DNA of 64,000 nt, from positions 67,890,001 through 67,954,000 of the forward strand of contig CM069141.1 in assembly GCA_035221665.1 (NCBI GenBank), in the 5' to 3' direction. This document shows positions 62,271 to 64,000 of the stretch, in pieces. Position 1 is the stretch's first letter; every line of letters begins with the position of its first letter. The DNA comes from Okamejei kenojei. Its lineage: Eukaryota. The position numbers and the translations under genes were made by a program. Below the pieces are notes generated by a model. That model did no database searches. It saw only the letters and a list, made by a program, of their open reading frames with translations, and was not told where the DNA came from.

Positions 62271-62799
62271 TGGTAAGAACTGTATTCTCTCTCCCGTGCC
62301 TGCTCGTCTGATCTGGCCACACTCTCCCTGGTATGATATATGTAACGTTCATCTACATATCAAAAGCCCACCCCCAAGCATTCAAAATAATACTGCTAGA
62401 AATATCCAGACAAAATAACAATATGCTAACAGTAACTTGTCTTAGCATGAATGGCTTTAACACCTGGATATGGGGATATTGGCTACAGGGAAAGGTTGGA
62501 CACACTTGGATTGTTTACTCTGGAACACTGGAAGTTGTAGGGAGACCAGAGAGAAGGATATAAAATTATTAGTAGGATAGATAGGATAGACAGTCTGACC
62601 TTTTTGTGAGGATGGAAAAATCTGCTACAAAAAGGCATTGTTGAAAAGAGATGTTTGGGGCAAGCTTCCTAAACACACACACACACACAGAATAAGTAAA
62701 TAGTGCACTGAAAACAATATAATAAATGATAGAAAATAGCTCATATGTACGCGTTATCATACACGCACACTTATAGTGCAAAAAGATGAAACTAATGCC

Positions 62800-62998
62800 C
62801 CAAGTCGATGTAGTTCAAAGCTTATTTGGAGATTGCAATGTTTAATAGACTGATGGCTGTGGGGAAGAAGCTGTTCCTGAAACTGGACGTTACAGTTTTC
62901 AGACTCCAGTACCTTCTTCCTGATGGCAGGGGTGAAATGTGTGTGTGGCCAGGGTGGTGTATGGTCTCTGATGATACTTGGTGCCTTTTACGATAGTG
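62800..62998 (-). mobile_element. Rex1/Babar-like LINE 3' fragment
   Basis: HHPGHTHISPLPSGRRYWSLKTVTSSFRNSFFPTAISLLN. Confidence 0.8.
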
Positions 62999-63654
62999 AC
63001 ATTTAAGAGACTTTTGGATAGGCAAATGGATATACAGAGAATGGAGGGATATGGATGATGTGCAGGTAGTTAAGAGTTGGTCTTGGCATCAATTTCAGCA
63101 CAGTCATTGTGAGCCAAAGGGCCTGCTCCTGTGCTGTTCTGTTCTATATAGAAAGTTAACCATTCACGAGGAGAAATCTTCCACAAACATTGAATCAAAT
63201 AACAAAAATTAAAAAAGGTAACCCAACAATGTATTCATCATTCTCTTTCACAAGTACATCAAAGTCGAAACTGCAATGAGGGACAGCACATATACCTTCT
63301 GCAGGGACACTTGGCAAAAAGGCAGTCATTGCAGAGAGGCAACCTGGATAAATGAACCCCTCAGCATACTATTGCCTGAACCCAGTAATGGCAGACTTTA
63401 TGATGTGTCTTTATGATGTGTCTACTGACACGTAGACATCTGTGTTGTATTTCACATTCATACCTTCAAGAAAAATATTTCCAATCAATTGAATATCCTC
63501 ATATTACCGCCCATAATACTTAATCAGCCCCGTTCAAATCCGTTTTACATGCATCTGTGTCACCTCAGTGGATCCCAAAGATCAGAAAGAACCATTCAAA
63601 TCTTACGCTTAATCAACTTGGTCATTAATTTTGACCAATAGTTGCTGAGGTTCA

Positions 63655-64000
63655 ACATAGAAACATAGAAAATAGGTGCAGGAGTAGGCCATTCGGCCCT
63701 TCAAGCCTGCACCGCCATTCAATACGATCATGGCTGATCATCCAACTCAGTATCCTGTACCTGCCTTCTCTCCATACCCCCTGATCATTTTAACCACAAG
63801 GGCCACATCTAACTCCCTCTTAAATATAGCCAATGAGCTGGCCTCAACTACCTTCAGTGGCAGAGAATTCCACAGATTCACCACTCTGTGTGTGAAATTT
63901 TTTTTTCTCATCTCGGTCCTAAAAGACTTCCCCCTTGTCCTTAAACTGTGACCCCTTGTCCTGGACTTCCCCAACATCAGGAAAAATCTTCCTGCATTTA
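63655..64000 (-). mobile_element. CR1 LINE 3' fragment (runs off window end)
   Basis: MLGKSRTRGHSLRTRGKSFRTEMRK...GYGEKAGTGY plus tail. Confidence 0.92.

Overview
This is AT-rich eukaryotic genomic DNA from a cartilaginous fish. The skate/ray assignment is an inference from HE1-type SINEs and CR1/HER1-type LINE tails. The window lies wholly inside one minus-strand host gene, RNF145 (sterol-sensing ER E3 ubiquitin ligase). Six internal coding exons (39890-39998, 30535-30626, 14913-15148, 10207-10382, 9533-9673, 8474-8656) have GT-AG ends and splice into one open frame; the first coding exon and the RING-encoding 3' exons were not found here. The introns are packed with nested transposon relics: CR1, Rex1/Babar, L2 and L1-type LINEs, Penelope-like elements (RT + GIY-YIG), tRNA-derived SINEs, a Tc1 end, a two-gene PIF/Harbinger deletion derivative and MITEs. 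The most notable signals are: (1) many minimal type-I hammerhead ribozyme motifs in Penelope terminal repeats, including a ~120-bp tandem double-hammerhead insertion with a 29-bp target duplication, with intact cores seen only antisense to the host pre-mRNA; (2) a family of GC-rich non-coding retro-elements sharing a 5' motif, a conserved RNA hairpin and a Rex1-like tail; (3) a Harbinger relic that retains both transposase and Myb/SANT fragments; (4) YLYV in place of the mammalian RNF145 YLYF Insig-binding motif. Repeat boundaries were read by eye and are approximate unless a TSD or TIR is quoted.
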